From IMG/VR virus record IMGVR_UViG_3300042386_001406, positions 12,525 through 76,524 of that record: a stretch of 64,000 bases of DNA; one strand, given 5' to 3'. The stretch comes from a virus. Made by a program: the position numbers and the translations under genes. Positions within the stretch are counted from its first letter, which is position 1, and every line of letters begins with the position of its first letter. The notes under the pieces are model-generated. The model did not search any database. It saw only the letters and a program-made list of their open reading frames with translations, and was not told where the DNA came from. Below are positions 1 through 9,193 of the stretch, in pieces.

Positions 1-11
1 TTTTAAATACA

Positions 12-1229
12 ATGTTAATACCATTTGAATACTCTCAACAAGCATTTGGTGGTAAAGAAAGACGTATGTTAATTCCTAATCTAAGTGATAATAACGAACA
101 AAAAGAAAAAGTACTTAATTATTTAAGTAAACATAACATACCTGTTAATATTGAAGAAGATTTATTTACTATTAATTGGTGGAAACAAAGTTTAGAAGAA
201 ATTCAACTTGATGTCCCTACACCAGATGAAAAAGATGTTGATCCTGAACAACTAAAAAAAGGAATTGAAGTAGAAAAAGAACACACCAACGATGAAAAAA
301 CAGCTAAGAAAATAGCGTTAGCTCATTTAGGTGAAGATCCAAAATATTATTCTAAGTTAAAAAAAGCAGGTTTAGAAGAAACATTAACTGAACCACAAGA
401 TAAGACAGACAATATTATAGCTGATTTTATTGATTTTGCCGCTAATGCTCTTGACTTACAAAAAGTACCTAAAATTACTTTTAGTGATGATGAGAATTTA
501 GCTAAACAAATGCACGCGTTAGGTGCTTATCAACCTAAAACTGATGAATTATTAGTTGTTAAAGGATCAAGACTAACAGCAGATATTTTACGCACATTAG
601 CTCATGAGTTAGTACATCGTAAACAAGCTGAAATGGGTCCATTAGATAAAGAAGATGGTAAAACAGGTTCAGAAGTAGAAAATGAAGCTAATGCCGCCGC
701 TGGTGTATTACTAAGACAATTTGGTAAATACAGACCAGAAATATTTGAAGAAGCAGATGCGATGAAAGGTGATTATAAGATATACTGTGATATGGATGGT
801 GTGTTAGTTGATTTTGATAAAGGGTATGAAGAATTAACAGGTAAAAAAGCTAGTTTTGACACACCAAAAGAAGAATTTTGGGAACCAATTTCAAAAGCAG
901 GTGCAGCGTTTTGGATTAAATTACAATGGATGCCTGATGGAAAACAATTATGGAATTATATTAAACCATACAATCCAGATTTACTATCAGCTCCATCACG
1001 TGAAGAATCATCTAAAATAGGTAAATTTACTTGGGTGAAAAGAAACTTACCTGGTACTAAACTTATCTTACGTTCAGCTGATCGTAAACAAGAATTTGCA
1101 ACACCAAACTCTATCTTAATTGATGATAGAGCAGATAATATACAACGTTGGAAAGATGCGGGTGGTATAGGTATTCATCACACATCAGCTGCTGATACAA
1201 TACAACAATTGAAAGATTTAGGGCTATGA
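12..1229 (+). CDS. Modular protein (probably 5' truncated): small helical phage module, HExxH metallopeptidase-like domain, HAD 5'(3')-nucleotidase-like domain
   Basis: No in-frame stop before nt 12. Motifs GIEVEKEHT..AKKIALAHL.EDPKYY, TLAHELVH..E.EANA, and YCDMDGVLVDF..LIDDR. Confidence 0.7.
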   Translation: MLIPFEYSQQAFGGKERRMLIPNLSDNNEQKEKVLNYLSKHNIPVNIEEDLFTINWWKQSLEEIQLDVPTPDEKDVDPEQLKKGIEVEKEHTNDEKTAKKIALAHLGEDPKYYSKLKKAGLEETLTEPQDKTDNIIADFIDFAANALDLQKVPKITFSDDENLAKQMHALGAYQPKTDELLVVKGSRLTADILRTLAHELVHRKQAEMGPLDKEDGKTGSEVENEANAAAGVLLRQFGKYRPEIFEEADAMKGDYKIYCDMDGVLVDFDKGYEELTGKKASFDTPKEEFWEPISKAGAAFWIKLQWMPDGKQLWNYIKPYNPDLLSAPSREESSKIGKFTWVKRNLPGTKLILRSADRKQEFATPNSILIDDRADNIQRWKDAGGIGIHHTSAADTIQQLKDLGL

Positions 1230-1765
1230 TTAAATTAATAGACATATTAAAAGAAGAAATTAATTTAGAAAAATATGTTGAAGATTGGTTAAGTAAAGGA
1301 GGAATACATGATGACTCTAATATTAATAGAGCATTTACTATTAAACTAAAACAATTAGGTTACGAAAATTATGGAACTATATATCGAGTTTTATTTGTCA
1401 AAAAAGATAATAAAATATCCAATTTAAAATCTTATATTTGGGACAAATATAATGGAAAATATATATCTTTTTCTGAAACTTTAGAGGGAGCAAATAAATT
1501 TATGGACCTATTAATAAATGATGGTCTGCTTAAAAAAGGAGAAATACTTGTTGTTATAAAACAAAAATCTAATTATTATAATTTACATAAATGGGTAGAA
1601 GATAAAATAAAAGAATATGGAGGTCCTTGGCAATTTGCTGATAAAAAAGGTGTTTGGGTTGGAGGGTTGTATAGAGAAACTCAAAAAACAAAAGAAGTTT
1701 TATCAACATTAGATAATAATTTTGAAATAGTAAGACAATATTCTAAAAAAGGAAAAATGTTATGA
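1226..1765 (+). CDS. Hypothetical protein with MIKLIDILKE leader; possible ADP-ribosyltransferase fold
   Basis: ATGA overlap with the upstream gene. TIYRV, YISFS and KEVL resemble an R-S-E triad. Confidence 0.45.
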   Translation: MIKLIDILKEEINLEKYVEDWLSKGGIHDDSNINRAFTIKLKQLGYENYGTIYRVLFVKKDNKISNLKSYIWDKYNGKYISFSETLEGANKFMDLLINDGLLKKGEILVVIKQKSNYYNLHKWVEDKIKEYGGPWQFADKKGVWVGGLYRETQKTKEVLSTLDNNFEIVRQYSKKGKML

Positions 1766-2343
1766 ATGAATCAAATTTAAAAAAAGAGTTTTCAAAACGT
1801 GATGTACAAAGAATGAGAAATATAATCAGTGGTAATGCTAGTTCAGCCACTGGTATTCAAGTAGGTTATAGTAAACAATCTCAAGACTACCAAGAAGGAG
1901 ATGTGTGGGAAGAAAATGATAAACAATGGACCATTAAAAATGGCATCAAACAAACTGTTACTAAACATGATAAATTAAGACAGTTAGTTACTATGCCTTT
2001 AGCTTGTCCTGAATGTGATAAACCATTTAAAAATACTCCTGTAAATAAGAAAATGTGGGTTATTCATAAGATGTGTCGTGACTGTGTTATTGATATGGAG
2101 GCTAAAATTAGATTAGAAGGTAAGTGGGATGAGTATGAGCATAATATGATGAATGCTAATAAAAATGCTGATGTAGATGAGTTTGAAAAAGCATTTAATG
2201 AATTTGTAAAAACAAGTACTGATAAAAGTTCATTTATAACTGAGGCGGGTGATATAGAAACATGGAGTGGGGGTAAAATTAATGAAGAAGAAATAAAACA
2301 AGTCAAAGAATATATAAAAAAACTGCGCGAAACAGAAATATAA
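1762..2343 (+). CDS. Hypothetical phage protein with CxxC..CxxC zinc ribbon
   Basis: CPEC and CRDC pairs; ATGA-coupled ORF. Confidence 0.6.
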   Translation: MNESNLKKEFSKRDVQRMRNIISGNASSATGIQVGYSKQSQDYQEGDVWEENDKQWTIKNGIKQTVTKHDKLRQLVTMPLACPECDKPFKNTPVNKKMWVIHKMCRDCVIDMEAKIRLEGKWDEYEHNMMNANKNADVDEFEKAFNEFVKTSTDKSSFITEAGDIETWSGGKINEEEIKQVKEYIKKLRETEI

Positions 2344-2361
2344 ATATATTTATTTTCAGCA

Positions 2362-2673
2362 ATGGAAGCAATGGATAACATTTATACGGTCATTATAACA
2401 GCAATTACAGTTCTAGGTAGTGCTACAGCATTTCGATTTTATGAAAAGAAATCTATGCGTAAAGAACGTGATGAAGAATTTATTCGCCACGATTGTAAAG
2501 ATCGTATTGCTAAATTAGAAGCATTGCTTGTTGAATCTGCTCGTGAAAAAGATGAGTTACGTAAAATGGTATTACAGCTTACAAAAGAAGTAGCTGCGTT
2601 AAGTACTAAAGTTGAATTTTTTGAAAAAGGCGCGCCTATAGTATCTGTCAAATCTCGAAAAGCTACTAAATAA
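2362..2673 (+). CDS. Small membrane protein with coiled coil
   Basis: Hydrophobic IYTVIITAITVLGSATAF followed by a heptad-rich helix. Confidence 0.55.
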   Translation: MEAMDNIYTVIITAITVLGSATAFRFYEKKSMRKERDEEFIRHDCKDRIAKLEALLVESAREKDELRKMVLQLTKEVAALSTKVEFFEKGAPIVSVKSRKATK

Positions 2674-2727
2674 TCATTACCTATTATTGCCCATTAATAT
2701 ATTTATATAGGATAAAAACTATATAAG

Positions 2728-3303
2728 ATGCCATATACTCGTAAAGGTAATTGTGTTTACAAAGAAACTGGTAAGAAAATGGGCTGCTCTAAAGACACTA
2801 AGGCAGCTGAAAAATATATGCGTGCTTTATATGCCGCTGAAGCAGGTAATATCAAGGAAGGATATGATTTAGATACTATCAGCCCTGACCAACCTGAACT
2901 TGCTATAACTGTTGAATTGCCAAACCCTATACAGGTTATGGCTTCTTTTGTCTCTACATTAATGTCATCTCGTACACAAGCTCACATATTCCACTGGCGT
3001 TGTAAAGGCGTAGGTGCTGGATGGATGCATACAGCATTAGGTGAGTATTATGATGGTATTGTAGATATATTAGATAAATTAGTTGAGTCAACTCAAGGCC
3101 GCTATGGTTTATTAGAAGGATATAAATGTGATGGACAATTTATGGAAGATGTAACTAAAGCAATTCCATATTTTGAAGCATTATGTTTGTATGTTGAAAA
3201 AAATCGTGGTTCATTACCTCAAGATTCATATATTCAAAATCAAATAGATGAAATAGTTGAGTTAATTGAAACAACTAAATATAAATTAGTAAACTTACAG
3301 TAA
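2728..3303 (+). CDS. Ferritin/Dps-like four-helix protein fused to a short basic N-terminal module
   Basis: QAHIFHW..H.ALGEYYD..D.LVE..QG and IQNQIDEI..TKYKL pattern. Confidence 0.65.
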   Translation: MPYTRKGNCVYKETGKKMGCSKDTKAAEKYMRALYAAEAGNIKEGYDLDTISPDQPELAITVELPNPIQVMASFVSTLMSSRTQAHIFHWRCKGVGAGWMHTALGEYYDGIVDILDKLVESTQGRYGLLEGYKCDGQFMEDVTKAIPYFEALCLYVEKNRGSLPQDSYIQNQIDEIVELIETTKYKLVNLQ

Positions 3304-3950
3304 TGCGTATTCGTATAATTAAAGAAGCTATAGCAACTGATATAACTGATATAGTAAAAAATACTATTGGACTTAAAGCCACTGTTAAACGCTTTAAGAA
3401 TAATATATTAGTAGCTTCACCAGGTGGATTCTTCTCACCTAGCCGTTTACAAAATATGGCTGATGAATTGAATGATAGAATACCTGAACCCTGGTTAGAA
3501 AGTCCTGTAAGTGTAGGTACAGGTGGTGCTACTGAAGGTTTACTTATTATAAGATTGAATGATGAGGGTATGAAACATACCAATTTATTTGAAGCAGAAG
3601 AGGATTTTACACCAATTGAAGATCCAAAGGAACCAAAACCAGCAGCTAAACAATTTCAAATATTAGCTTCAATGATCACTAACACTAAAGTTAATGATCA
3701 AACTAATATATTATCAGCAATGAGAGCATTACCAGGTGTTACTATTGTTAACTCACAAGCAGCAATTCCAGGTTCAAATTCAGAAGGACAACTCCGCTAT
3801 AAAACAAATGTTGACATTAAAATTGATACTTCAGCACTCAGTGGTGATATAAAAACTGCTATTAAGAAAATAATTGAAGATATTAAGAAAATTGAAGGTG
3901 TAGTTGAGTTTAAAGTATTACCAAAAGCAAAAGAAACAACTCCATACTAA
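3303..3950 (+). CDS. Hypothetical two-module protein
   Basis: TAATG coupling; MRIRIIKE leader; internal LFE linker. Confidence 0.6.
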   Translation: MRIRIIKEAIATDITDIVKNTIGLKATVKRFKNNILVASPGGFFSPSRLQNMADELNDRIPEPWLESPVSVGTGGATEGLLIIRLNDEGMKHTNLFEAEEDFTPIEDPKEPKPAAKQFQILASMITNTKVNDQTNILSAMRALPGVTIVNSQAAIPGSNSEGQLRYKTNVDIKIDTSALSGDIKTAIKKIIEDIKKIEGVVEFKVLPKAKETTPY

Positions 3951-4603
3951 TGAATAAGATACAATTAAAGGAGCATATTGAAAAAATCATTAACTATGTA
4001 GGCCAAGAATACAATCATGGTCCTAAGTTAGTTATGAATGAATCTAAAGAACCAGTCTTTATTTCTGAAGGCTTATATTACCATATTGAAAATAACTTAC
4101 CACTAAACGAATCAATATATCGTCCTCAATCAGCAATGTTTTTAAAATTATTTGTTGAAGCAAGAAACTTATATGATTCTAAGCGTTTAGTATTATGTGA
4201 ATCAGATCAATATTATTTTGACAATACAGATATAGGTACATTTGGTGAGTATAATGGTATTAAAGTGCCACTAGACTTACCTCTGACCGAGGAATTTCTA
4301 ACAGAAGCATTAGAAGAAGAAAAAAAACAACCAGCATTAGGTAAACCTAAGCGTGGTGGTTCTAAAAAATTCTATGTGTATGTTAAAGATCCTAAAACCA
4401 AACGTATTAAAAAAGTATCATTTGGTATGGCAGGTGGTGGCTTAAGAGCCAAATTAAACAACCCAAAAGCTAGACAAGCGTTTTCTAAACGCCACAATTG
4501 TCCTCAAAAGAAAGACAAAACTAAAGCTTCATATTGGAGTTGTCGTTTACCTCGCTATGCTAAACTATTAGGATTTAAAACAACATTTAGTGGATTTTGG
4601 TAA
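3950..4603 (+). CDS. Hypothetical protein with basic C-terminal phage module
   Basis: KKFYVYVK..KKVSFG..F..RHNC..ASYWSCR module after an LTEALEE linker. Confidence 0.6.
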   Translation: MNKIQLKEHIEKIINYVGQEYNHGPKLVMNESKEPVFISEGLYYHIENNLPLNESIYRPQSAMFLKLFVEARNLYDSKRLVLCESDQYYFDNTDIGTFGEYNGIKVPLDLPLTEEFLTEALEEEKKQPALGKPKRGGSKKFYVYVKDPKTKRIKKVSFGMAGGGLRAKLNNPKARQAFSKRHNCPQKKDKTKASYWSCRLPRYAKLLGFKTTFSGFW

Positions 4604-5220
4604 TGATTAGTCTAATTGACATATTACATGAAATGTATCCACCATATAAAGCAAATATGGTATCAAAAGTTAGATATAAAGCATCTGATGTTTGGACTAA
4701 TGACCAAGAATTAGCTGTAAAAAGAGGATACTTGGAAAGTGATGAACCTGAAAAAGGCACAGGTAAAAAACCTAAAGGATCTAGTCGTCGTTTATACACA
4801 GATGAAGATCCAAAAGATACAGTTAAAATTAAATTCAAAACCGCTCAAGATGTTAAAGATACATTATCAAAAAAGACATTTAAAGCAAAACCACATGCTC
4901 GTAAGTCACAAATTATTAATGTAATCCATCAGCGTGTCAGAGCAGCTTATAATAGAGCTAAAGATCCAGATGTTAAATCTAGATTAAAACGTGCTTTGGA
5001 TTATATTGAAAAGCGTAAAGAAGCATCTAAAGAAAAAACTAAAAGTTTAAATAAAGAAACATCAGATCCACAATCAGGTAAAGCAGCACCATATGGTTCA
5101 GGATATGCTCCTATACAACAGAATGAAGACATATTAAATGAAAAATGCTGGCCTGGATATACTAAAAAAGGAATGAAAACAATGTTTGGAAAAAAATACC
5201 CTAATTGTGTAAAAAAATGA
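4603..5220 (+). CDS. Modular hypothetical protein (MISLIDILHE leader; C-terminal CWPGY..PNCVK peptide)
   Basis: ATG at 4603 coupled to the upstream TAA; modules separated by xxE sites. Confidence 0.6.
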   Translation: MISLIDILHEMYPPYKANMVSKVRYKASDVWTNDQELAVKRGYLESDEPEKGTGKKPKGSSRRLYTDEDPKDTVKIKFKTAQDVKDTLSKKTFKAKPHARKSQIINVIHQRVRAAYNRAKDPDVKSRLKRALDYIEKRKEASKEKTKSLNKETSDPQSGKAAPYGSGYAPIQQNEDILNEKCWPGYTKKGMKTMFGKKYPNCVKK

Positions 5221-5534
5221 TAAAACTAACTCAACTACTAACTGAAGTAAAAGAAACATTTGAAAGTTTTGCCACTATTCGTGGTAAAGGTGCTGCTAAA
5301 ATTGCCGCCACTGCTGAAGAAAAAGGTGGATTATCTCTATTAACATGGCATCATTTTAAAGTAAAAGCTCCGTACTATAAAAAAGCAACTGAGGGTAAAT
5401 TTGATAAAGAAGTTGCTAAAAAAGAATTTGAACAAACATATAAAAAGATATCATTAAACATGACTCAAACTGAATTTCAACGTGAAGTTGGTCGTTTAGA
5501 GGTATTAGGTGAACTGTTAATAGAAAATAAATAA
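5217..5534 (+). CDS. Hypothetical protein (MIKLTQLLTE leader)
   Basis: ATGA coupling at 5217; leader shared with neighbours. Confidence 0.6.
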   Translation: MIKLTQLLTEVKETFESFATIRGKGAAKIAATAEEKGGLSLLTWHHFKVKAPYYKKATEGKFDKEVAKKEFEQTYKKISLNMTQTEFQREVGRLEVLGELLIENK

Positions 5535-5536
5535 TA

Positions 5537-5800
5537 ATGAGTCAACCTTATGTAGACTTAGTTGTGACAGATGAATATGTGATTAGGGAATTTGATAAAA
5601 ACATTGACCCTATAGAGCTAATGTGGCATCGAGATGATGAAAACAGGATGGTTGAAGCTATAGAACCAACAGATTGGCTAGTACAACTAGACAACCAGTT
5701 ACCAATGTCTATGACCCAACCAATATTTATACCACGTCATATGTGGCATAGAACTATAAAAGGCACAGGTAAATTAAAGATAAAAATATATAAATCATGA
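5537..5800 (+). CDS. Small cupin-like protein
   Basis: WHRD.E..IFIP...WHR cupin-type His motifs. Confidence 0.55.
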   Translation: MSQPYVDLVVTDEYVIREFDKNIDPIELMWHRDDENRMVEAIEPTDWLVQLDNQLPMSMTQPIFIPRHMWHRTIKGTGKLKIKIYKS

Positions 5801-6237
5801 AAAAATCTGAATTAAAACAATTAATCAGAGAAGCAATCGAAGAAGTAAAACCTAAAGTTGAAGAAGATGTAATCAACGAAGGATTTGCTCCTGAAACTGA
5901 TGAAGTTGGCTCATTTTGGGTGGTTGAAAAACCATCTACTAGCGCTACTTTAGATGACATTTGCTTTGAATGCGAAAATGTAATGTACTTTGCTCGTCAA
6001 ATTGCTGGTGGTTTAAAACCAGAAGATATCAAAGGTGTATTCACTAAAGAAGCTAAAGCTAAAAAGTTAGCTGAAAAATTACTTAAAGCTCGTGACACTA
6101 AAAAAGAAGAAGTAAAACAAGCAGCTGAAGCTTATAAAAAAATGAAAGAAGAAACTTTAGCAAAAGTACAAGAGTACATGAAAAATAAGAAAGCTACTAA
6201 ACAAGTAGTTGACGAGTTAAAAGACGAAGTTAAGTAA
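5797..6237 (+). CDS. Hypothetical protein (MKKSELKQLIREAIEE leader)
   Basis: ATGA coupling; helical Lys/Glu-rich C-terminus. Confidence 0.6.
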   Translation: MKKSELKQLIREAIEEVKPKVEEDVINEGFAPETDEVGSFWVVEKPSTSATLDDICFECENVMYFARQIAGGLKPEDIKGVFTKEAKAKKLAEKLLKARDTKKEEVKQAAEAYKKMKEETLAKVQEYMKNKKATKQVVDELKDEVK

Positions 6238-6611
6238 TGAAGTTAACAGACATATTACTTGAAACTCTGCTTGAAAAGAAAAAAGACAGATGTCATCGTA
6301 TCGCTGATAGGCGTTATGATAAACCATCTGCTTATAAGTCAGGTGCTATAGTGAGATGTCGCCAAGGTAAAATTTGGAAAGATCTTAAAGAAGATGAATC
6401 ATTACGTAAATGGTTTGGTCGCAGAGGCGCAGCTGGTAAAGAAGGTGGATGGGTTGATTGTAACACATGTCGCAAAGTAGATGGTAAAACCAAATGTAAA
6501 CCTTGTGGTAGAAAAGAAGGTGAAAAACGAGCTAAATACCCATCATGTCGACCAACACCTGCTGGATGTAAGAAAAAAGGAAAAGGTAAAACTTGGGGAA
6601 AAACAAAATAA
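6237..6611 (+). CDS. Basic Cys-rich two-module hypothetical protein (MKLTDILLE leader)
   Basis: PSAYKSGAIVRCR and LRKWF..WVDC..CRP modules split by LKE. Confidence 0.6.
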   Translation: MKLTDILLETLLEKKKDRCHRIADRRYDKPSAYKSGAIVRCRQGKIWKDLKEDESLRKWFGRRGAAGKEGGWVDCNTCRKVDGKTKCKPCGRKEGEKRAKYPSCRPTPAGCKKKGKGKTWGKTK

Positions 6612-6613
6612 AT

Positions 6614-7072
6614 ATGCAAGACAATTTTAACATACATGGTTGGCGTTTAAATCAAGCCATTAAAGAAGTAGAAGAAGCTACATTCACAAACAAACATGAT
6701 GACAATCCTAAATTAAAAGGTGGACAGAAAAAATTACCTGATGAATTACAAGCGGGAATCTTAAAGAAAGAAGACACAACAGGATACTCTACTGATTATA
6801 AAAAAGGATATAGAGATGGATATCAAGATGGAAAAGAAGGTAAATTTGGTAAACAATTCGCTGTAAAAGAAGGTGAAGACCATGAAGTAGCAATGGCTAA
6901 ATCTAGTCTACAATCTATTATGAGTTCAGCCTCAAAATTAATGGTAATGTTAGGTGATGAAGAGCGTAACATACCAGGATGGATTCAAGATCATATTACT
7001 AATGCTGAAAACTATATTGATCAAGCTGCTCAAGGCTTTCATGAATTAGAAAATAACAATGAAGAAGATTAA
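6614..7072 (+). CDS. Modular hypothetical protein (MQDNFNI leader)
   Basis: ATG at 6614 just after the upstream stop; DHEVAMAK..IPGWIQDHIT.AENYI module. Confidence 0.6.
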   Translation: MQDNFNIHGWRLNQAIKEVEEATFTNKHDDNPKLKGGQKKLPDELQAGILKKEDTTGYSTDYKKGYRDGYQDGKEGKFGKQFAVKEGEDHEVAMAKSSLQSIMSSASKLMVMLGDEERNIPGWIQDHITNAENYIDQAAQGFHELENNNEED

Positions 7073-8555
7073 AATCATAAAATCAAGACCAATAAAGGAA
7101 GAAGAAGAAGTAATTGATCAGGTACCTCAAGACACAGCTCCTGAGCAACCTGAGATTACTTATGAATCTAATCCTTTAGAGTTTATACTTCAAAAATATC
7201 CAACATTAACTGAAACATTAGTTAAATTATTAACTGATGATTTCAGAAACTATATTATTGGTGTTTATATAATGGCTCCAAAGCCAACTATATTCAAGAT
7301 TGTTTTACATAACAATCGCTCATTTTATTTAACATATATGGGTAAGTGTTATGAAGCTAAAGTAAGTGGTAAGAAATTCTGGCTATTAAAAGTAAGTGAA
7401 CTTGAAACAGCCACCATTGAAATAGCTAACTTATTAATGCTAGGTACTCCTCCATCAGTTAAAGGACCTGAAGCTGAAATGACAGCGGCTCCTGAGGAAA
7501 CACCAACAGAAGAAGCACCAGCAGAAGAAACTCCACCAGCAGAAGAAGAAGCACCTGAAGAATTAGCTGAAGATGTTATTAAAGAAGATCTTAACACAAC
7601 TAAAAAAGAATTAACTAAGTTAGGGTATAAAGATGAAGATATTGTTCCTATAACTAAAAGTAAAATTAAGTTATTAGTACCTGCTAAAGAAAGAATGAAT
7701 GTTATTAATACTTTAGTTGACAAGTTAAAATATACTTGGGATAAAGATATTAAAGGTTCTTCTATTGGTGGAGTAATAGCTAAAGATGGTGAAACAGTAA
7801 TTATACCAAAACCAAAAGAAAAACAAGGTGGTGGTAGTGCTGGTTTAGGAAATGAATCATTTTTAGCAAATAAAATTAAATCTACTGTTGAAGAAGTAGG
7901 TGGTCCTATCACTGTTGTTGTTAAAGGCGACAATGGTAAAAGTATAAGATTTAATGGTGTTACTGACGCTGAAGAAGCAGGACGTGACACAGCTGGAAAT
8001 AAAAAATCAGACATCAGATTATTAGCTGGGAGTAAAGTTGTAGGTAACTTATCATTAAAGCAAAAAAATGCTTCAATGTGGGAAAGTGCTGACAAGCGTT
8101 ATAAAGACTTGATGATTAAACTTGTAGAAAAATTACTTAAAAAACCATATAAAAATTTAGGTTTAACTAAAACTGATAAAAAAGATATTTACAGATTATA
8201 TAATCCATCTACTGGTCAAGAATATAGTGGTATTATCATAACAGATTTAGATAATAAAGATATGGCTTCTATTGTATTTGGATCTGATAAACCACAAACA
8301 GTAGTAGTTAAAGAAACATTTGATGAAAGTGATTTTACATTAAACAGTAAAGTATTAACAATCAGTGTTGATAATTTAGCTACAAGTTTAGAAGATATTG
8401 TTGGAACAAAATATGAACCAATATTAGTAGTAAGACATGATTCAACTAGAACAGCTACAGCTGGTTTAAGACCAATTGTATACACTAAAGAATCTGTTTA
8501 CAAAGGAGACAAAGTATCTGGTAACAGAATAGAATTATCTTATAATAAAATTTAA
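7059..8555 (+). CDS. Two-domain protein; C-terminal domain PD-(D/E)xK nuclease-like
   Basis: Acidic Pro/Glu linker, then GNE..KKSDI..LSLKQ. Confidence 0.45.
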   Translation: MKKIKIIKSRPIKEEEEVIDQVPQDTAPEQPEITYESNPLEFILQKYPTLTETLVKLLTDDFRNYIIGVYIMAPKPTIFKIVLHNNRSFYLTYMGKCYEAKVSGKKFWLLKVSELETATIEIANLLMLGTPPSVKGPEAEMTAAPEETPTEEAPAEETPPAEEEAPEELAEDVIKEDLNTTKKELTKLGYKDEDIVPITKSKIKLLVPAKERMNVINTLVDKLKYTWDKDIKGSSIGGVIAKDGETVIIPKPKEKQGGGSAGLGNESFLANKIKSTVEEVGGPITVVVKGDNGKSIRFNGVTDAEEAGRDTAGNKKSDIRLLAGSKVVGNLSLKQKNASMWESADKRYKDLMIKLVEKLLKKPYKNLGLTKTDKKDIYRLYNPSTGQEYSGIIITDLDNKDMASIVFGSDKPQTVVVKETFDESDFTLNSKVLTISVDNLATSLEDIVGTKYEPILVVRHDSTRTATAGLRPIVYTKESVYKGDKVSGNRIELSYNKI

Positions 8556-8619
8556 TATTTATTAACACATACAGAACAGATTCATTGCCTGTTTGCTTAT
8601 AAAAGATAAAAATTGGAGT

Positions 8620-8651
8620 AGTGGCCCACCAAAAAGGTGGGCTACTTTTTT
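8620..8651 (+). terminator. Rho-independent terminator
   Basis: AGTGGCCCACC-AAAAA-GGTGGGCTACT plus T run. Confidence 0.8.
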
Positions 8652-8680
8652 GCCTGCGCAAAATAAAGATGTTATATTTA
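8649..8680 (+). promoter_or_regulatory. Bacteroidota-type promoter TTTG-N20-TATATTTA
   Basis: Near match to the -33 TTTG / -7 TAnnTTTG architecture; identical spacing at 47216, 52588 and 55936. Confidence 0.6.
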
Positions 8681-8686
8681 AACCTA

Positions 8687-9193
8687 ATGAATATATTTTA
8701 CATAGACTCTGATCCAACAATTGCAGCTAAGGAAATGGTTGATGACCATATTCGTAAAATGCAAATTGAATCAGCTCAAATGTTATGTACAACATTTTGG
8801 CATTATGGTTTTGAAGCACCATATAAAAAAGCTCATTACAATCATCCATCAACTAAATGGGTTCGTGAATCAATTCATCATTTTAATTGGTTATTGACTC
8901 ATGGTTTGGTTATTTGTGATGAATTTGCTTTACGTTATGGTAAACAACATGCAACTAAAAATGTATTATTGTGGATTAGAGACAATAAAGATATGTTGTA
9001 TGGTAAAATACCTACAACACCATTTGTACCTCCACCTCAATGTATGCCTGATCAATATAAGAAAGAAGATACAATAGAAGCCTATAGAAATTTTTATATT
9101 CAAGATAAGATTGGAATTAAACAACTAAACTATAATAAATTAAATAACATACCAAAATGGATAAGCGAATCGTCATTGTTGGAGCAGGCGTAG
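8687..9193 (+). CDS. Pyrimidine-dimer DNA glycosylase/endonuclease V-like protein
   Basis: MNIFY.D..P..AA...D.H..KM..ESAQML, H.NHPS..W, PPQCMPD..AYR.FY. Start moved to ATG 8687. Confidence 0.7.
   Translation: MNIFYIDSDPTIAAKEMVDDHIRKMQIESAQMLCTTFWHYGFEAPYKKAHYNHPSTKWVRESIHHFNWLLTHGLVICDEFALRYGKQHATKNVLLWIRDNKDMLYGKIPTTPFVPPPQCMPDQYKKEDTIEAYRNFYIQDKIGIKQLNYNKLNNIPKWISESSLLEQA

Noticed and set aside
8621-8686. GTG-start N-terminal extension of the glycosylase ORF
   Set aside because: Runs through a terminator and promoter; the family motif starts at ATG 8687.
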